Below, piece after piece: positions 12,661 to 26,290 of a stretch of DNA of 64,000 bases. Source of the stretch: Lepidodermella squamata (lineage: Eukaryota; Animalia; Gastrotricha); the NCBI GenBank assembly GCA_047495785.1, contig JBLDXI010000009.1, positions 1,178,001-1,242,000 of the forward strand. The letters run 5' to 3'. The notes under the pieces were generated by a model. That model was not told the DNA's origin and ran no database searches. It saw only the letters and a program-made list of their open reading frames with translations. The position numbers and the translations under genes were made by a program. The stretch's first letter is position 1. Each line of letters opens with the position of its first letter.

Positions 12661-13768
12661 ATCGATTAATTTGACAAGTTGCGCGCGCGCACGGCGAAAA
12701 ACACAGGCGGGGCTAAATCAATCAATCACGGCTCAATTTTCGCGTGTTAAGACGTGCCCAATTAGTACAATAACAATGCTGCAAAGTTTGCAGCAGCAGC
12801 GACTGCATTCATCCCCGCCCTAGGCGTCGCCGTCGCCGTCGAGCAAAAATCACGGATCAATACTCGATTAAAAGCTAGCGAAATGCACGCGCGCGAGATA
12901 ATGTTTCAAATATAATGGATTTTCTTTCAACTGCTCGATCCATCGAAAAACTTTTATTCGCGTCACGTTCGGCTGCTAAACGAACGAGCGATAGGAACGC
13001 GCACGGGTCCAAAGTTGTTGCTAATTTCTCGCAAACATATACACACATTATCGCATCGCTGCATATGAGGGGTGAAATGTAGAACACAACATCGCATAAA
13101 CGATCGAAATCGAAGCGAGGCGATGATGTGATGTGAAGCTCGTCGATCGCAGTACAAACAAGGCGCAGGCAAACACAGGCGAGTTGCAAAGCCAACACAA
13201 AATCGATTACCAATACATGGGCTCAGAGCGACGCGCGAATGTCGTAAAATTTCGTGGGCATCAATACACGAACGATATAGCCGAGAGCGAAATGAATTTC
13301 GAAGTAGCGATGTCGATAATAAAAATCAATGCCGAATCTTTGTCGCCGCGCGCTCGCTTTCTTCATCGCCTATAAACCAATACGGCTAATAGATGCGTGC
13401 GCGCGCGAGAGTTCGGCCATATGTCAAAGTAATATGCGGTGACGGGTTATCGATTTTATAGCACATCGATGTTCGACAAATAATATCAGCCCGCGCCACG
13501 TGCCTCTCTCTTTGCGTGCACACCGGCGGGCGGCGGGCAGGCGATAGGCGGCATTCCGCAGCTATCCGCCGATCAATTCAGTATCACAGACAACGCAACG
13601 AGCGCGCGCGCAAACAAAATCGATAATGGCAGACCGAAAAATATGGCATGAAATCAATCAATCACTCCGCCCTTAATTTGCAATACACATCGATTTTTAT
13701 CGCAATCGCAATAATGTGTGGTGACGAACCTGCCAGTCTGAAATATTGGAAGTCTTGACGAAATCGAT
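12661..13768. promoter_or_regulatory. Cluster of ATCGAT/ATCAAT (Cut-family consensus) sites in the cut upstream intron
   Basis: ATCGAT at 12661, 13202, 13449, 13465, 13619, 13689, 13763. ATCAAT at 12717, 12721, 12856, 13260, 13325, 13572, 13653, 13657. Confidence 0.4.
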
Positions 13769-15192
13769 CAGCGACTGCAGGCCCGCAATTTGTTGCTGCT
13801 GCTGCTGCTGTGACGAGCTGCTAGTCGGCGATACGGCAGAACTAGACGACGATAACGACATTTACCCGCCGCTTGTGCCTCGCGTTTAGTTGGGTGCACA
13901 CAAACTAAAATCTACTCGACATTAAAACGAGACAAAATCCTAGAAAAACAAAAAACGGAATAAGGTTGATTTTTTGGTGGTGAAAATCAGTGATGCGTGA
14001 AGAAAGGCATAAGTCGGGTCAAGATACATAAAAATGCATGTGCGGGTGGATAGGTAGGCCATGATAGGATGATGATGATGGCTGACGTTTAGGAAAGCAG
14101 TTAGTGCGATGAGAGTTGACGAATGAAAATAATTTCTATCACGGCGGTGGTGGTGATGATAATACGAATAATAATAAACGCATCGCATAAACATTCGAGC
14201 AAGAAATGAATGCTCGCGTTTATTCTTTTTATTATCCCGCACGCCAACGGTATATGGCGACGAAGTTATTGTATGTGATTATAAGTGATGTGTACAATAC
14301 CTATATTAGTAATACTAAATAAAGCTATACGTGAGAGCACGCATCGAGCAACAACAATTTATTGTATAAGTGAGCGAATGAAATAAATGAAGCCAAAGCA
14401 TCAAATGGGGCGACCGACGGCGAATAAACGAACGACGAACGCAAGCGAACGAGCGAGCGAGTGAACGAATGATGGTGACGACACATATAAAACACATCAG
14501 TGAAATAAACCAGCGGAGAGAATGCGACAAAGTGCGACAAAGAGAGCTGATGCCGCAGCTGTACAAGTCGGCACACGCAGGTATTATAGGCTATAGGTAG
14601 TAGATGGTAGGTTTACGAAGCGAAATCTTTGTTGGCATGGCGATGGATGGATAGAATAATATTAATAGGCATGCCGGGTAATATTATTAATATGTACAAC
14701 TTTGTTATGGGTTTTCGTGCAGCAATTACCTACAGCAAAAGCGCGAATATATAATGGTTATACACGAACGACCACGGCGACTGGAATTATGGCACATATC
14801 GCCCGCTGTCATATAGGCCCGCGCGTGGTAAACTCGAAGGGTATAAAGAAACGGCAATACTACCTCAAACCAAATTGCCCGCCGACTTCCATATATTAAA
14901 CAGTACACGCGGCGACGGCGGCGGCGGTGGCGATGGAGGGGACCCGCAGGCGCTTCGGTGGTCGCGCTTTCTTCACGCGCACAGCCTTCACAACCGCGCA
15001 TTTTCTTGGCCGCACTCAACACAATTCGCGTTCGTTTTCGTTCGTTTTATTCTCGCGCAAAGCAGTAGCAATAATAATAATAATAATAACCAACGACGAC
15101 CCGCCGCCATAATCATCATCGCCATAGTAATAAATAAAAGTAAAGGTATTACTCGGCTGAATATTGTCGCGCGACAACAAAAATACACCAAA

Positions 15193-15195
<3 letters not shown>

Positions 15196-15224
<29 letters not shown>

Positions 15225-15228
15225 TCAT
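15196..15228. repeat. Imperfect (CAT)n microsatellite
   Basis: catcatcatcatcgtcatcatcatcatcatcat. Similar tracts lie near 20462-20492, 27936-27977, 37500-37528 and 42952-43003. Confidence 0.8.
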
Positions 15229-17652
15229 TGCCATCGCTATCATACCTTCGCCGTGGTCGTCGTCGTAGAACGCACAGCAATATAAATATAGACGTTGTTG
15301 TTGTTCTAGTTGTCTCAACATGACGTTACCTACAATTGTGTGTATCTATCATTGCAGCAGGCAAAACCTGGAGGAGCGAACAACAAGCAACGCAGAAATG
15401 AAGCGCGTCGTCCTCCTTAATAACAATAATAGCCGCAATATAACCAATAGTATAACCAACCCGGGCTTGTATTGTTTCTATTTCTTGAGTTCTAACTACA
15501 AATAACGCAACACGCGATAAATTTGGGTATACACATACAAAAGGTACGGTGACGATGAACATTATTTGGACACTGAGTTGTTACCTTTTATTATTAGTAG
15601 CAGTGCCGAGCGCGAATAAAAGTTTTCGACAAGTGAACGAAAATAAACGCTACCTTGGCGAGCGCTGTTCAATACCTACTTAGTTCGAAACACAACAAAT
15701 ATTAATAATACCGAGTTGTCGTGACAGCGTCAGGCGAACGTCGCTGATATGTGCGATACCGTAAACGGCAAAATAGCCTATAGAATGCCTAGCCATGCGC
15801 GCAGCAGAATACCCACACACGAAAATAATAATAGCGAAACGGCAAAATGGGTAAATTTCCTCGCTATATCTCTGCCGCTCGCAAACACCATCGTCACACA
15901 ACGCAAAATGGCGACTTTGGTGAGGTAACGTTATAGCCGAATGGCGTCTGCGACAAGCGATGGCCCGAATCGCCGCCGCCAGGTCGGTGCCGCCAGGACA
16001 CCTGACTGACTGACTGGCCATTGACTGACGCGTGACTTTGCACCGATTTCAACGCACGCGTGCTTTCGTCACAAAATTGCCACACGCGTACAAAGCCATT
16101 GCCGCCATACAACAACAAAAAATCGATAAATCAATCACGATAAGAATCAAATAAACAAGGCTAGGCACGATCGAATTGAAAGCACGGCGAACATACAAGA
16201 AATTGAAAAAATCCCCAAAAAATGAAGTGATTTCCATATTGGTGAATTGCCAATAAAATTGTTGAAAAATCATGTTTTTTAATGATAGTTCGATTTGAGG
16301 AAGCCTTAATCAATCAATCAATCAAAATCGATATCGAAATTCGATTTGGCGAAATTTTTCGATTTTTTTGCTTGATTGTTCAATGAGATGTCAAAATTAA
16401 AGCGAAAAAATTGTACCTCTTTAGTTTGTACCTCTTGATTTACTAGTTGTACCTCTTCACTGTGTGATCAAGTGCGAGAAATCAAATAGGTAGAATATTT
16501 TCCCATTAAGGTGTGTCGATAATTCTAAATAGGGAATGGTAGATTTCTAAGTAAGATCACGATGAGATTTTGCCCGATTAATAATAGGCTACAGTTGTCA
16601 TTATCGGTTTGACAAGACGGAAAGTGGTGGTGCTGCTGCTGTTGCCGAGGAGGAGGAGAGGCGATAAACGAATAATTGCCGTTCTGTGTACACAAAAGGC
16701 TTTATAGATTAGGAGGGCTAAAACTAATGTGACCGGCAACAAAGTGAAGTGTAATAAGTATCAAGTGTGTTGTTATTGCGATTATTTATATTGTGTACGG
16801 ATGGTTGGGTTGGATGGAGTACAACAAGACCTTCCCGGTCCCTATCAGCTGCGCGAAAACGAACGAACGAGCGAATGAACAAGCCATAGCTAACTAATGT
16901 TGTAATGAAAATAATATCAACCGAATATTACATGCTATAAGTGAGCAATATTATAATCAACTGGTGGAGCTGTAAAATAAGCGCCAAAACGCGGAAACTA
17001 GACGGGGCGACGAACGATATGTTGCCGTAGTAATTGTATTATTTATTTCGGTGTTCGCGCATAATCCATATTATTAGCAATACACGATAAATTATAGGCG
17101 AGTGAAAACGACGCCGGTGTATATTGCAAATCGGTTGGTGTTGAGGGCGTTGGTGGATAGGGTGGTACAAAAGTACACCATCACGACTCGATGAAACTCT
17201 CGCTCGACAAGTGCTGATATGCTACTGCTGCTGCTGCTAATGCTGCTCGCTACCTCCAATCGTAATAATATAATATACTAATAATCATCGGTGGTAATCG
17301 CACAGCCGGCGCACAAGTGAATAAAATTCGACGACTATTAGAGCCAACTTTATGGCCGGCTGCATTATTTTAACGAACGAACGAGCGAGCGAGCGAACGG
17401 AATTACGAGTGATGGTGATGAAAGCGAGTGAGGTGAAATAGATTCCGGAGGGGTTAATTCGTGTAATAGGACAAAGTGAACGGAGCACGTACGAATTCAT
17501 AAAGAGTTCGTAACTCGGGATGATTTCAGCCAGCCAGTCATTCAGTCACTTGTTCGTGCTGATGAATTTTCACTGACTGCGGCAATATATGCAAACACCG
17601 ACCCGACCGAAGTTCAGCCAGTGGTGTGTATTAAGTAGGCAAGCAGGCGTAA

Positions 17653-17690
17653 TGTGTGTGTGTGTGTGTGTTTGCATGTGTGTGTATGTG
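17653..17690. repeat. (TG)n microsatellite
   Basis: tgtgtgtgtgtgtgtgtgtttgcatgtgtgtgtatgtg. Confidence 0.85.
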
Positions 17691-20600
17691 TTCTATTGAT
17701 AAGTATTCGAAATGCATTCGACGACGAATAGATCATCTATACCTACGCCGCCGGTCAGAGCACAAAATATCGACCGACGGCAGGGTAGACGCGATCGGTG
17801 CGCAAGCGCGCTCGCCTCACACACCGTGCGCGTGAATAGCATTTGGGTTTTCTATACTACCTAAATTCTACCAACACACGATTCTATAACATGTTCTCAT
17901 TCAGCCGCGATTATTCACTCGTCATCATTCAGCTGAATTCGCTTGTCAGGCTAATAATCGATAAATTGTATACCTCTATTGAAAGACGCGAAAATAGCGA
18001 ATGGCTATACAATCCATATTTTATAGAGCTCGCCGTGTATGCCCGTCGCCTATCGCGCGAGCGCGCAAAATGGTCAAAGCCAAGCCAACAACGCTTGCTG
18101 CTTACCCAATTGCCCACGAACGAAGCGATAGAGGCGATACCTATATCTATAAGTATAATAATAATATAATACGCAAACACATAAATACAAATATTGCCGC
18201 CGTGGTGGTGGTGGTGGTGCAGGGAGACACAGAGAGAGATAAATATTATTATGCCTCGGCGTATAGGTGACATGTACATGCAAATTCTTGTCGTCGATGT
18301 CGAAAGCAAATATTACACGCGCGAAATCGCTGAAATCGATGGGCAAACCTATAAGCTATATTCCGAACGTGAGCAAATCACGCCAAGCCAAAAGCCAACC
18401 AACAAACGTGACAAAAATAACACACTCCGCTGCTAACTAACTGACTGACTGACTGACTATCACAACAAGGCAAGCCATTAGCACCACACAGCGAGTAGGC
18501 CAGGTGAGAGCAGAAGTGTCTAGTCGAAAATATTGCCGAAGGTATAGCGAAAGAAAAAAGACGACCTACTTGCAATTCGCGCATCGAGTCATGTTCGTTA
18601 TTTGCTCGGCTGGCTCTGCTCGCGTATTTTATAGGTAATATATTATTGAGATATTATATAGAGAGACACAAGCGCCGTCACAGGTCGAGTGAGATCAGGA
18701 TGATAAACGAAGTGAACGAAGATCGGCGATGGAACGAATGGCGTGTATAAGCAGCTGGTACCTAATCAAGCTCAAATACACGTGTGTATTCCAATACTTT
18801 ACATATACACATACAGAGCTGGTTGTAAGCCATGTGTGATAGAGACCGACCGAATGCGTAAAAAGAAGTACAAAGAGCATGACGGGGATATTTATTGTAG
18901 AGTATACCTATACTCGCTCACTCGCTCGATCCGAATGTAAAAAGCCGCCGATTAATGTCAACGATAAAGTACACAAACACACTTAGCATGCACACATAAT
19001 ATTTTATAGCCCCGTCTTACAACTGACCGACCGAATATGGCTGACTGATGACGATGCAATACACGGCGACCAGGCGACCGACCGACTGCCGACTGGAATC
19101 ACTCTCTCATATCATCATCAGCATCATAATACGTGGGCATTACAGGCTGAGTAACGAACAACCGAACAGCCGAGTGAACGAAAGAACGAACGAACGGCGA
19201 TAGATAGATAGTGTATGCTTGTATGCTTGCGACGATGGCTTTTCAATAATACGACGCGGCGCCAAGAGATAGATAAAGTGTCGCGCTCACACTTTGTCGT
19301 AATGCGGCCCGCTCTATCGTTATAACCAAATATGAAAGATATCGGTGCCTTTCATATTACGCACACGTTGGGTGAATATTGAGAGCTAGCTATAAGCCTG
19401 CATTCAATAAAACTTTTCTCCACCTGTTTAAATACAAGTGAGAAAATTTAGCTAAGAGCCGATAGAACGCGCTGTGTACCTGCGAAATCTATCTATATAT
19501 TAGATCGAGTGAGTCGCATCGCTGATGTAGCCGCTAGGGTCGAATGAAAAGATGACACCGCAAGCTCATTGACTGGTACTATGACTGGCAAAACATCATC
19601 GGATCTTTCTTCTACGGGGCTGCTGGACCCAGCCGCCGCCGCCGCGCCACCGCCATTGCCGAAAACGAACACAAGTTGATGATGGGGATATAAACATAAA
19701 AGCACGCATCAGTCAAAAAGGCACGCAGAATATTACCGCGACCACTTTAATGGCAACGATAATAAATATCTATAGGTCGTCGGCCCGTTTACTATACGCT
19801 ACCTATCACACAAGGCGCATTATTATGACCGCTGAATGATAATATAATAAGAGGAAATGGTAGCAGCGCCGAGTTCTTCACCCGCGCGGGTATGGGAACG
19901 AAAAGGTATAACCAACCATAAAGCGGCTTGGCGTCACTCGGCGTCCCCGTTCCGTGTCCAATATATAGATATGTAGTTATAGAAGAGTTATCATCTTATT
20001 TTTCAGCTCACTCTTGCTTTCTATAATACTTGTGGAGGTGGTTGGTTCCATTTATTATCAGCTCGACCTTCTACCACCGGACAGACATTTTCGCATTACC
20101 GAAGAACGAACGTGAACGCGAGCAAACACATTTATTATATTGCAGCAGAGGCCGATGCGATATTCGGCGTTCACCTCAATACTCGCGTGCGCTTGCTCCC
20201 GCTTCTTCTTCTTCTCTCAATATATGTTTACCATGGCCGAGCAAGTGCTGAAGCAGCAGCAGCAGCAGCAATCGTCATCAAACACAACCCACAAATAGCC
20301 GCGCGACCAAACACGGCGATCTATCGCACGCGAAGGAATGTCGTGGCTCTGGCGTTATCAACGATAAAAGATGGCGATAATGAACAAGAGATGATGACGA
20401 GCACACAAATACCGCCAAAAGATACACGTCGCACGTGATCGCCAAACAGGTTGTTAGTTCGCCATCATCATCATCATCATCGTCGTCGTCATCAGTAGCC
20501 GCAGCACCGGCGACCCAGCGTAAAAAGCGCGTCTTCAGCTTCGTTTTATTTATCCACATTGCAGTGATCGGTCGGTCGCCACTAAGCGCCGCGCCGCAAT

Positions 20601-21000
20601 CTCAACTCCTCCTCCGGCCCATCACCGGCCCGATGAAAGCCACCGCAGCAAATTTTTGTTGACATTCCACAGACAACGCTCACGTCTATTGAACACCACT
20701 TCAATGATTTCATTATAAAACCGGCTAAACATGGAAAATAACAAGCAACGTATTTGATAAAACGCGCAATCGCATTGAAATTCGAAGTTCGTTATGTATC
20801 ATCCTTTACTTTTCACAGGACACATAATTTCATTCATTGCAGTGGCTGATCACATCAGGTGAATCGGCGAGACACAAAGAAGGTTAAATATTACGAAGCA
20901 CAGGTATTTTCGTTACGGTTTTCACATATTGATGGCTAATATGAGATATACAAACAAATCATAAGCAGGTAAAACATTGAAAGTTCGGCGAAGGCCAGAT

Positions 21001-24000
21001 TCAACTCGGCAGAATTGATGAAAAAGTAACAGCGTAAGGATTAAAAACCACCTGAAAAAAAGAAATCGACTATTAAGTATCGAGTTTTTTTTGGCAAGCA
21101 AACCTTGTTCAGTAGATCAGCGATTTTCGAAGCGGTGTGATCGGGCTGAATTCCGATAACGCTCCAGCAAAGCACGTCGGTAACTTTGACGACTCCCTGG
21201 CGGCACTTGCACATGTAGACTTCGTAAGTAATCATGTCATCAGGATCGAAAGCTGCATTCAACAAAACAGCTCCTGAAAAATCGCATGCTATAAACAATA
21301 ACAAATTCTCATTCACCTTCAGTCACGAACTAAAATAAATCTATAAATCATAACGCGGGATGATTGCGGCAATGGTAACTTTGGACACTTTTTTCTCGGA
21401 CTTGAATAGCTTTGCAACGACGTGGGATAAAATTACGGGCTTTAGTGCATAACGTCCCCGTCTTCCGAGCTTTCGATAGCTGTAAGGTCGGTCATTGGGT
21501 TAATAATCTTTTTGGAGAAATGTTATAGCAGTGCGATTTCGGATGGCGTATCTAGTATCTCTGCCGTATCTCCCTATAAAGGAAGATCCGCTCAGGACAG
21601 CATTTGGCATGTGAATTCCCATACCGTTAATCTCACATAATTCGCAAAGAAAATGCAAAAACCGGACGATTGCTTTTTCCAGCGCGTTCAGATGACCAAT
21701 CGGGTAATTTTGTACTGTATAAAAATGCGGCGGTGCAAAACGTATGGAAAACAGATGGTGCGCAAACTGTTCACATTTTTTCCAATTCGGACCGAAAAGT
21801 CAACAAAAATGTAAAAACACACAACGCTATTGCATTAGCAAATGATCGTCCGAAATTACCCTCTAATTGTCCCCAGTTAGCTATACATTTTTGAACCCAG
21901 GTAAAAATACAAAAATTTCAAAATTTGCAGTAAATTCAAGAATCACTATGTTCCCATTTGGTGAAAATCAGAATTCAGAAATTTAGAAGCAAGGGAAGTC
22001 CGAAAAGCATGTTTTGTCCATGACACCCCTCTGCACCGTTTCTTTTTGAAAAAATTAAAGAATGAACCTGTGTCGTTCGAAACTCGGTTAAGGCCAGCAC
22101 TCATAGTTTCATTGCCACGAACGCCAAATTTGTTGAGATCGGAGATTGTCAGAACGGTGGGAATCGGCTTCGACAGCTTCTGGTAGAATTTCTCGATGAA
22201 AGATGGCGTAGATTCGGCATTTGTGGTCGATTGCGAATAACATTCGCCGAAGAAAATTTCATCCGTGCAATGGACGCAACGGCCAGACATCGCTTTAACA
22301 GGCGGTTTAGGGAAAACGACTTTAACAGTCGGAATGCGATCAACAGGTTTCACTGGAACAGGCGAGGTGCCGTTCAAAGTCGAAGCAGATTCGGACCGAT
22401 CGCAGCAAGCACTGTCGAATAAATCCGGAGAAGTCGAGCTGAGACGAGTTTGAGGTGATGTCCGAGTTGAAGCTGGTGAAATCGTGCCACGCTCATATAG
22501 AGGTTCGACCTTTGCCGATACCGGAGACATGATCGAGGCAACTTTGTTGGCAACGGCAGCGACTGGTCTTGCCATTTGAGCGCCAAAAACCTTGGAAATA
22601 TTTGTTGGCGTGAAGGTAAATTTTGAAGCTGGCGGGGCTGGCAGGGGCGGTTGCATTGCCGCCTGCTTAGGTCCAGGTTGAGCAGCTGGTTTCGAAGCTA
22701 CCGGTGTGAGACTTCTCGCTTGGCTAGCCTCAGCCTCGAACTTCTCGCTCTGCATGAAGTTGATAAGGTTCGTGCGAAAATGGGGGAAATTAGTAAAAGC
22801 AGCACGTCTCTCGCGAACCCATTTACTGACTTTATCATTGCCCCGATAGTTTGGTTGGCAAAATCGCTCATCGCATAGAATTATGGCGCCCCAGTCTTTA
22901 CGATGACGTATGCAACGGCCTAGCGCCTGATTCAAAGCTCGAAAAGCTTGGCACTCATACCATTCACCGCCAGGCAGGATGTTTTTGTTCCGACAATGCC
23001 TAAAAATTGAAATCAAATCACGTGACAATGGTAGTATAAAATATTGTACATTTCATTGTACTGCCGTTTTTCTTTGACTTGGGGGTCCATCAAGGCTGGA
23101 TAGGGTATGCCAACAGCAATCACCGCTCTAGCGTAGTCATCCGCGAAATTCAAACCTTCGGAAACTTTTCCGCGGTAAACAGCGAGAAATAAAGCTCCAT
23201 TTGTGTTGCCTTCAACATTTCTGGCATTAGATGGCCCTTTACCGCGCTGAGACATAGGCGTAACGCCTTTGCGACGCGGCAAGCCCGGGTCGTCGAGTTT
23301 CCTCTTCTTATTCGGCTGCGTTAGCTTATTCCCGAAGAAGACCGGTTTTCGCTCACATTTGTAGTCATCTTCATCATCCATAGCATCAGCGTCGTCACTC
23401 AACACATCGTCATGATGGCCGGAATTCGGTTTCCCACAACTGGCGTAAAAATCTGCCAAGGTTTCTTCAAAGTGAGCTCCGCCACCGCTGGTTTCAATAA
23501 AAATATTTTTCGTACTAGCTATACGATCGTACATCCCGGTCGAACGCCAGCGTTCAACCATTTTTTCAATCAATCGATAACTGGTGAAAAATATGAGAAC
23601 ACCACCAGGGGTGACTGAACAGATCTCTTCCGTCAACTCGCCAATTCCATCTTGGAAATCAAAAGTTTCCGTGTTCTTGTAAACAGCTTGAAGAGGTTTG
23701 TTCCGCGGTGAAACCCCGATACAGGCAGCAAAAACCTGGCTTTTCCCAATAACATGTCCAGCTTCGAATTGAATGGGGAAATTAGTGCCAAGTTCCGATT
23801 GAAAAGTGGTCATCGGACTCAATGTCCCTGAAGCTAGAACAATCGTTCGAGCTTGTTCGACGATTTGTTGGAAAATAACAGCCGGGTTGAGACACCAAAA
23901 GTGTAAGGCGTAATTAATCTCGTGGCGGAAATTACCACCACCCCGGCGGCCGCGTCCGACGAATTCTCCGGGCCGCGATTGTGGTTGGTCTTCAACAGTA

Positions 24001-26290
24001 ACCTGCTGTTTAGTTACCAGCATTCTAAAATCCTCAGCGTGTTTATTCCCGTCTTTTTGAATCATTTGGCAAACGCCAATTAGGTGCTCCAAAATAACTT
24101 CAACTTTCACGGAGATTGCTGGTTCAGAGTTTGTCGACGTCGTTTTACCGCCGCGTTGCGTTTTTTCGATGACCTCCTCGGATTGCCGAGCGGCTCGCAA
24201 GTTGTCTAAATCTTGCGACAACTGAGTGCATGTTTCGTGATCGAGGCCGAGCCGAGTCTCAAGGTGGGCAACCAGATTCGCCCCACCCAGAATAACACTA
24301 GTCAGGACGTGACCTCCAACCTCGGTATCTAAATGCAGATGTTATGATAAACTAAATAGTTTGAAGCACAGAAATTTTACCGATAATTTTATTTCCCTCA
24401 TCTCGAATGTAGTTTTTCAGGCGTTCAAGCGTAGCCAACATCAGTGGGGTTTCCCAACCCTTATTCAAATCTTTCTCAGCTTCTTCCATTTCTCGAGAGG
24501 TAATTTGAATCGAAGCTGCTTCCCGGCACGCATCTTCGATGTTATGCGCTTCATCGAAAATCACGATATCCTTTTCGAGTTTGACGTTCATCTAAAAAAT
24601 ATCCATACAATTCGAGTCATTTCCAAAAATAAGCCGGTAGACCGTTATCACCTCACTTTCACGATTTTTATAAATTCTGCAACCTTCCTCAAATCTTGCA
24701 AAGAGAAATTTGGTAGATTTAAAATCAGCTAAGATTTTAGTTCTTATTTATTCAATACAGTGACAAGGGATGGTTTCGAAAAAAATCCGAAAAATCCATT
24801 GATATTACGCGGAATACCGCACGACGGGTTTTTCGGGCTTCCTTGGGTGAAGACTGGATAAAGAACGGCTTTTAGAGTGTTCAATTGTGTAAAAATGCCA
24901 AAATTCTCAGCATATAATTAAAAACTCAGCAAATTTTAAGACACCTATTAACCCTATATTTCACCTCTAATCTTGCGAAAAATCTTGAAAATTGAAGTAA
25001 CTAAATAATTACCGTTTTCCGAATAAAAGGGTCGATGAGGTAGCTATAAGGGCAGAATACTATGTCAGCCTTATTCGCCAGTTCTCGAGCAGCGTAGTAT
25101 GGGCAAGCGCCTTTCATGCGGGAAGCATCAACAAACTGCTCGAGGTCCCAAGCCTGGGTCAGTCCAGCTGAGTAAATCTTCTCAGAACCGTCCATGGAGG
25201 GGACCTTGTGTTTAAAAGAGCAGGCACCTCCGCCAGGCTGCAAATTGAACCCCAATTATAAACAAGACACAAAAATTCTGGACGGAAGATAACCTGCTGA
25301 AGTAGTTTTCTGCACTCATCGTTCTTGTTTCCACTTCTAACGACAACTTCATTGATGCACGTGTGTTCACGGCTCGCGAGGATGGACATGCTATTGCGAT
25401 GCCGAATGAGTATAGGTTCAAATTACGAACCAAAACTTACTTGGCATGCCGATATGCAGTTTTCGCAAGTTCGGAAGTCAACTGAGCTATCTGCTTGTGA
25501 GTTCTGGTACCGTAATAAATCTTCGGAACGCTGTAAATCAATCAATAATCAACATCAGCTACCCACTGTCGAGTTATAAATTACTAATATTTTTGGGAAT
25601 CGTTAACCATCTTCGGAACAGCAAGGTGGCAACCGCACTCGCACGCAAACATTTCTTCGTCAATGATTGTTTTGTTTTCCAAATCCTTTTTCTTCGGTTT
25701 CATCATAATCGAAAAATTAAATTTCAACGCCTTAGTTAATATTAACCTGGGATAGCGGCCTTACTGGTTTCTTGGCAATAGGCTTGAAATCTTCGTCGTC
25801 ATCATCGCCCCCAATAACCATTACGTCATCATCTTCACTCAAAACTTCTTCTTTCGTCAGATTTTTCACCGCGCAATTGCACGAATCGCAATCTTTTGAA
25901 CCATCATTTACCGACTCCAGCATTTTCTGCATATTTTCCGTGTCATGTTTCCGCTTTTTCACTGTTTGAATACACTGATTTTAAAGATTTTTCACAAGCA
26001 AATTTCACACCATGTTCTTCTTGTTGCCAGGCCAAGGCGGCGCATAGTAACGCCAGGGTTTTACCGCTTCCAGTCGGCGACTCCAGCAAGCAATTCTGTG
26101 AGCTTCTTATACCTTGGATTATCTACAGCAACCATTAATACATGAGCGCAACATCAGTACACATGTAACCAACTTTTGACATTAACACAGTTTGAGCCGG
26201 ATAGGGCTTATAAGGAAACCGTACTTTCACACCACCGATAACCATATCGTGCGAAACTGTGTATTTATCTTGTTCTTCATCGTTATTCAT
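21001..26290 (-). CDS. BRIP1: FANCJ/BRIP1 (dog-1) Fe-S DEAH DNA helicase
   Basis: Multi-exon gene starting MNNDEEQ...[15 protein letters not shown]. Motifs: [22 protein letters not shown]; FANCJ-type [14 protein letters not shown]; four Fe-S cysteines (REHTC, DEC, ACSF, ACPYY); [10 protein letters not shown]; [10 protein letters not shown]; LASGTLSP; [13 protein letters not shown]; [22 protein letters not shown]. Two last exons ~21272-21104 and ~21051-21001. Confidence 0.93.

Noticed and set aside
12600-20700. Dozens of 60-140 aa ORFs with poly-His, poly-Ile, poly-Asp or poly-Arg runs
   Set aside because: They are translations of CAT/AAT/GAC microsatellites in intronic DNA, occur on both strands and have no domain signal.
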